In this document: positions 35,685 to 39,658 of the stretch, one piece after another
Layout of the letters: the number at the start of each line of letters is the position of its first letter
Position numbering within the stretch: the stretch's first letter is position 1
Origin: a virus
Lineage: Duplodnaviria; Caudoviricetes
Virus record (IMG/VR): IMGVR_UViG_3300016472_000577
Span: 1 to 39,658 of that record
Length of the DNA: 39,658 bases
Strand: one strand, 5' to 3'
The notes under the pieces: generated by a model
What the model was told of the DNA's origin: nothing
Databases searched by the model: none
What the model saw: only the letters and a program-made list of their open reading frames with translations
Translations under genes and position numbers: made by a program

Positions 35685-36089
35685 ATGACCAACTGCCGAT
35701 ACTGCGGAGCGGAAGTGGTGTGGGCGACGACCAAAGCGGGCAAGCGCTACCTCGCCATTGAAACCCGCATCTACAACGAAGACGGGCGCCACATCAAAAC
35801 GATTCGCCCCGCGCACTACTGCCCGAAGACAGCCGAGGAAAAGGCGGCGATTGACGAACAACGCAAAGCCGAACAGCAACAAGCGCACGCGCAAGCGCTA
35901 CAAAACGGCGAGATAGTGCACGGTCAGCGCGTCGTCGTGTTCAAGGGACGCAAGTACCCGATTGGCACGGTCGGCACCGTGGATTGGATTGCCCGCCACG
36001 AAGACCAGTTCGGCGTCACCAAGGTTCGCATGGTGCTTGAGGACGGCACCCGAATCTATGTCAATCGGGAAAACATAAAAGCCGCTTGA
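35685..36089 (+). CDS. Hypothetical protein (N-terminal Zn ribbon, C-terminal SH3/KOW-like)
   Basis: CRYCGAEVVW...H.C; V.VFKGRKYPIGTVG. Confidence 0.7.
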   Translation: MTNCRYCGAEVVWATTKAGKRYLAIETRIYNEDGRHIKTIRPAHYCPKTAEEKAAIDEQRKAEQQQAHAQALQNGEIVHGQRVVVFKGRKYPIGTVGTVDWIARHEDQFGVTKVRMVLEDGTRIYVNRENIKAA

Positions 36090-36110
36090 CCCGCCGCCTA
36101 TGATGGCGGA

Positions 36111-36347
36111 ATGAACCCCAACATCTACACGCTCGCGGTGAGAAGCAGCGAGGTGACGGTGATAATCCGCTTCCCCGACGACAACGACGACGATGCGTTG
36201 CTTGAAACCATTGACTTGATTCTGTGGAAGGCGCAACTCGGCGAAGAACTGTGGTTGACGGGCACAATCACCCTCCACAACCCGCTCGGAGTGAGATTGT
36301 TGGGCGTCCCCGAGCGGTCGGCGACGATGGTGGACGACGATGAGTGA
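36111..36347 (+). CDS. Hypothetical protein
   Basis: ATG 6 nt after TATGAT (possibly leaderless); overlaps the next start. Confidence 0.55.
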   Translation: MNPNIYTLAVRSSEVTVIIRFPDDNDDDALLETIDLILWKAQLGEELWLTGTITLHNPLGVRLLGVPERSATMVDDDE

Positions 36348-36714
36348 TGCGAACCCTCAAACCGACTTGAGCACTCATGTCAGTTTTGACGAATGGTTGA
36401 AACAGGGCTTTGACCTCGGATTCTGTGGTCCGCCCGTCTGCCCCGACCACGATGGAATCCCTATGTCGTTCGCGGAAGAGACGATTCTGGAAGCGGACGG
36501 CGAATGGTGCACCTTCATCGTCCGCTTGTATCAGGATGCGAACGAAAAGCGTGCAGTTGAGCGGTATCACGCGCCGTCTGTGTGGAGAGCGTTGAATCTC
36601 GGTCGGGGAAAATCGCCGGGGGAAGCAGATTCGCAAACCGCCGCACCCATAACACCGATACACGGGGACACACACACCACACACCCCGAAACACCCCAAC
36701 ACAAACCCAACTAA
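36340..36714 (+). CDS. Hypothetical protein
   Basis: FDEWLKQG...CGPPVC.DHDG.P...C...VRLY; the C-terminal tail runs into a CA-rich tract. Confidence 0.65.
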   Translation: MSDANPQTDLSTHVSFDEWLKQGFDLGFCGPPVCPDHDGIPMSFAEETILEADGEWCTFIVRLYQDANEKRAVERYHAPSVWRALNLGRGKSPGEADSQTAAPITPIHGDTHTTHPETPQHKPN

Positions 36715-36786
36715 ACCCCACCCACCAAACACACCCCACTAAACACACCCAAACCCCACCAAAACACCTAAAATCCACCACACCAT
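36689..36786 (+). repeat. G-free C/A-rich low-complexity tract
   Basis: No G on the + strand for 98 nt immediately upstream of terS. Confidence 0.85.
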
Positions 36787-37219
36787 GCCCCGCAAACACG
36801 GACGAACCCACAAACTCACACCCCAAACCCAACAAAAAATCGTAGACGCAATCACCGCAGGCAACTACCTAGAAACCGCCGCACACTACGCAAACATCAG
36901 CAAAACCACACTCTACCGATGGCTCCAAGAAGCCGAACAACCCGACGCACCCCGCCGTCTGCGGGACTTTCGGGACGCCGTGGAGCAGGCGCGAGCGGCG
37001 GCAGAAGTTCGGAATGTCACTTTGGTGCAGCGGGCGGCGAACGATGGAAGTTGGCAGGCGGCGTCGTGGTATCTGGAGCGTTCGTTCCCGTCGCGTTGGG
37101 GGAAGAATCAGAAGGTTGAGGTGACTGGGGCGGACGGTCAGCCTCTTCGTTTGGATGTTTCGGTGGATGAGTTGGCGTCCAAGATTGAGGGATTGCTCGG
37201 TGGAGCCGACAGCCAGTAG
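36785..37219 (+). CDS. terS: Terminase small subunit (HTH type)
   Basis: GR..KLTP...I..GNYLETAA..A.IS..T.Y.W; WQAASWYLER; KVEVTGADG.P; directly upstream of terL. Confidence 0.78.
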   Translation: MPRKHGRTHKLTPQTQQKIVDAITAGNYLETAAHYANISKTTLYRWLQEAEQPDAPRRLRDFRDAVEQARAAAEVRNVTLVQRAANDGSWQAASWYLERSFPSRWGKNQKVEVTGADGQPLRLDVSVDELASKIEGLLGGADSQ

Positions 37220-38951
37220 CACCACTGCGGAGGGTCGGCTTGTCGCGTTTTTGCGTGATGCGACGCCTTCCAGACGGCGGGAATGGCTAGCGGGGTTGAG
37301 TCCCGATGAGCGTGCAGCGGTCGCGCTCATGGTGGAGCGGATAGCCGCCGACCCGTGGAGCCAGTATCGCGAAGACCCCATCGGATTCGTGGAGCGAGGC
37401 TTATGCGAAACCCTTTGGAGCAAACAACGCGAGATTCTTCTCTCGGTTCGCGACAATAAGCGCACCGCGGTCCCCGCATGTCACGCCCCCGGCAAATCCC
37501 ACCTCGCCGCACGCATCGTCGCATGGTGGACCATGACAAACCCCATCGGCACAAGCCAAGTCGTCACCACCGCAACCACCTTCAGACAAGTCCGCAACAT
37601 TCTGTGGTCACACATCAGAACCCTCCATGCGAAGCACCAACTAGACGGAGACTGTCTCACCACCGAATGGAAACGCAACAACAGCGTCGTAGCGTTCGGA
37701 TTCGCACCCGCACAATACAACGAAACCGCACTACAAGGCATCCACGCACCAAACCTACTCATCGTCGTAGACGAAGCAGGCGGAATCAGCGACGCAATCG
37801 GCACCGCAATAGAAGCCCTAATGACAGGCGAACACACACGCCTACTCTTACTCGGAAACCCGCCAACCGACACAAACAACTCATGGTTTGAGCGAGCATG
37901 CAACTCCCACCTCTACAACACCATCAGAATCTCCGCCTACGACACACCAAACTTCACAGGCGAACCAACGGGACGCTGCACCACTTGCCCACCGACAGTC
38001 AAAACACACGACATAGCAACACACTTGGTAGACAAACAATGGGTCGCCGACATAATCAGCGAACTCGGCGAACAATCCGCGTTCGCCCAAGCCCGAATCC
38101 ACGCCAACTTCGTACAAAACACCACAAACCGAATCATCCCCACCACATGGATTGAAGAAGCCCTCAAAAACGACCACCCCGCACCAAACCCCAACATCCG
38201 CCTCGGAGTAGACATAGCCTCAGACGGCGGAGACGAGTTCGTCATCGCCCGCATAGACGGCTACCACGCCCGAATCGTGCACACCAGCAGCGGCGACGCC
38301 AACGCCAACGCCGTCACCGTCGCCCAAACCGTACTCCGCCACATCCACGACGCCGAAGCAACTTTACATAACACCCGTTATGGGCGCCACCCACAGTGGT
38401 CACCCGACCACCCAGAGCGAACCACTACAGGTAGTAGCGAACAGGTGTTCGCCCCAAGGGGTGGGGGGTCCGAGCGCAGCGATGCGACGGGGGGCTTGCC
38501 GGGTATGGTCACCGTGAAGGTTGATGCTATTGGGTTGGGTTGGGGGGTTGTTAGTTTGTTGGAGTTGTGGGGTCGGGAGGGGTTGCATGGGGCGAGGGTT
38601 GTTGGGGTGAATGTGGCGGAGAGGGCTTCGGATGCTGGGCGGTTTAGGAATGTGAGGGCGGAGATGTGGTGGAATCTTCGTGTGTTGTTGGAGCCTGATG
38701 CGAGGGGTGGGCAGGTTGTTTCGTTGGCTGGTTTGGATGTGCGGTCGGTGGGGCAGTTGGGGTTGGGTGAGTTTGTGTCGGATTCGTCGGGTCGGTTGAA
38801 GGTGGTGTCTAAGGGGGAGTTGCGGGGTCGGGGGTTGGGGTCTCCTGACCGTGCTGAGGCGTTGTTGTTGGGGTTTTATGAGCCGAGTGTGTGGGTGGTG
38901 CCTGTTGTTGCTCCTGTGTCGGTGGGGCAGGTGAATCCTTGGGTGTTTTGA
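37200..38951 (+). CDS. terL: Terminase large subunit
   Basis: LWSKQREIL, Walker A-like CHAPGKS, Walker B LIVVDEA, LLGNP coupling motif, nuclease LGVDIA, VDAIGLG and SPDRAEA; start uncertain (37155 or 37200). Confidence 0.92.
   Translation: MEPTASSTTAEGRLVAFLRDATPSRRREWLAGLSPDERAAVALMVERIAADPWSQYREDPIGFVERGLCETLWSKQREILLSVRDNKRTAVPACHAPGKSHLAARIVAWWTMTNPIGTSQVVTTATTFRQVRNILWSHIRTLHAKHQLDGDCLTTEWKRNNSVVAFGFAPAQYNETALQGIHAPNLLIVVDEAGGISDAIGTAIEALMTGEHTRLLLLGNPPTDTNNSWFERACNSHLYNTIRISAYDTPNFTGEPTGRCTTCPPTVKTHDIATHLVDKQWVADIISELGEQSAFAQARIHANFVQNTTNRIIPTTWIEEALKNDHPAPNPNIRLGVDIASDGGDEFVIARIDGYHARIVHTSSGDANANAVTVAQTVLRHIHDAEATLHNTRYGRHPQWSPDHPERTTTGSSEQVFAPRGGGSERSDATGGLPGMVTVKVDAIGLGWGVVSLLELWGREGLHGARVVGVNVAERASDAGRFRNVRAEMWWNLRVLLEPDARGGQVVSLAGLDVRSVGQLGLGEFVSDSSGRLKVVSKGELRGRGLGSPDRAEALLLGFYEPSVWVVPVVAPVSVGQVNPWVF
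38361..38388 (-). other. dif-like XerC/XerD recombination site
   Basis: Minus strand GGCGCCCATAA-CGGGTG-TTATGTAAAGT, an 11-6-11 layout; each arm matches E. coli dif (GGTGCGCATAA / TTATGTTAAAT) at 9 of 11 positions. Confidence 0.72.
38437..38452. promoter_or_regulatory. LexA (SOS) box-like palindrome
   Basis: GCGAAC-AGGT-GTTCGC matches the Gram-positive/actinobacterial CGAAC-N4-GTTCG consensus. Confidence 0.6.
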
Positions 38952-39030
38952 TGCGATGGGGGGTGGGTGGTTTTGGGGAAAAAAATCGGTCGCCTTCGGC
39001 GAGGGGGTGGGGGGTTGTTAGTTGGGGTAC

Positions 39031-39059
39031 TTGACAAAGGGACTTTAGTGGGGTAGAGT
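39031..39059 (+). promoter_or_regulatory. Promoter of the same family
   Basis: TTGACA-17 bp-TAGAGT, with a GTG start 6 nt later. Confidence 0.72.
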
Positions 39060-39065
39060 TGTGTC

Positions 39066-39416
39066 GTGGGAAAGTACAAGAACTTCACCTTCACCAAACA
39101 AACCGTCCAAATCCACGGGAAACCCGTGGAGATTCTCGTGACTGACGGTGCCTACGCCAACGAGCACGGAATGTCGGTGGACGGCAAGTGCTTCCTCTGC
39201 GGTTTCAAGCCCCGCAAAGGCGACCACTCGTACTGGATACATCTCGCCATCGGATTCGGCAACAAGGCACTGGAACTGATGCCGTTCTTTGACGATGACG
39301 GCAACGACCTGAGCGACGGAGGCACCTATTCGCAGGGCTGGTTTGAGATTGGCTCCGAGTGCCGCAAGCGGCTCCCCGAAAAGTTCGTACAAAAAAGGAA
39401 AAAGGAGGAACAGTGA
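39066..39416 (+). CDS. Hypothetical protein with Cys motifs (probably leaderless)
   Basis: KCFLCG...GWFEIGSECRKRLP. Confidence 0.7.
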   Translation: MGKYKNFTFTKQTVQIHGKPVEILVTDGAYANEHGMSVDGKCFLCGFKPRKGDHSYWIHLAIGFGNKALELMPFFDDDGNDLSDGGTYSQGWFEIGSECRKRLPEKFVQKRKKEEQ

Positions 39417-39658
39417 AGCAAAAACTCGTGCTCAGCACTCAAGAGGCGGTGGACGCCATCAACGACACGGGGGTCACCGAATGGGCGGGCAGTCATGTCC
39501 GCAAAGTTGAGATGGGCGCCCAGCACGACACGGTCGTCGTCCACCTCAAGGACGAGCACTTCCCCACCTCCACGATGACGGGTTGGATGCTGCTGGAGGC
39601 GTTCAACGAGTACGCCGACGAAATGACATGGCTGGTGACGCGAGGCTACTTGCACGAC
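39413..39658 (+). CDS. Hypothetical protein, truncated by the window end
   Basis: AAGGAGG RBS, GTGA overlap, open to the end of the window. Confidence 0.6.
   Translation, partial: MKQKLVLSTQEAVDAINDTGVTEWAGSHVRKVEMGAQHDTVVVHLKDEHFPTSTMTGWMLLEAFNEYADEMTWLVTRGYLHD

Larger units (their letters stand above)
1..39658. mobile_element. Tailed bacteriophage (siphovirus-like) genome segment, probable actinobacterial host
   Basis: Capsid, neck, tail, tape measure, lysis, recombination, replication and terminase genes in typical phage synteny; WhiB gene; no host housekeeping genes. Confidence 0.96.

Noticed and set aside
38359-38505. terL insertion as an intein or self-splicing intron
   Set aside because: Too short, lacks the Cys/Ser start and His-Asn end of inteins, stays in frame, and shows no recognisable group I/II core.
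38455-39065. G-rich block as an array of E. coli-type KOPS (GGGNAGGG)
   Set aside because: I did not find repeated exact GGGNAGGG octamers by eye; any polar motif would be different and needs computation.

Overview
The window is a near-continuous segment of a tailed dsDNA siphophage genome with no host chromosomal genes. The host is probably an actinobacterium, based on a WhiB gene, an actinobacterial-type LexA box and GC-rich coding sequence. Gene order: head genes (scaffold, cement, major capsid); neck genes; a Com-like zinc ribbon and an inserted lytic-transglycosylase cassette; two tail-tube paralogues; a tail chaperone with a -1 frameshift; a 1618-aa tape measure; minor tail and Gly-rich fibre modules; holin and M15 endolysin; a metallophosphoesterase; YqaJ exonuclease plus annealing protein; a replication initiator with iterons; helicase loader; HNH; RusA; a promoter-rich early region with a metallopeptidase, amidoligase and glutamine amidotransferase; WhiB; a ParB/methyltransferase/ABC-ATPase/GNAT/Gp88 cluster; then terS and terL. 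I could not recognise a portal or integrase gene in the window. Four observations stand out. (1) A 28-bp dif-like XerC/XerD site and a LexA-type box lie inside an apparent in-frame insertion in terL, at a sharp CA-rich to GT-rich strand switch. (2) A paired GTG(T/A)CC motif recurs at three late-gene translation starts, alongside a Com-like zinc finger. (3) A structured intergenic RNA carries an anti-Shine-Dalgarno loop complementary to early-transcript 5' ends. (4) Five promoters share one architecture, with GTG exactly 6 nt after the -10 box. All product calls come from motif recognition by eye; no database searches were run.
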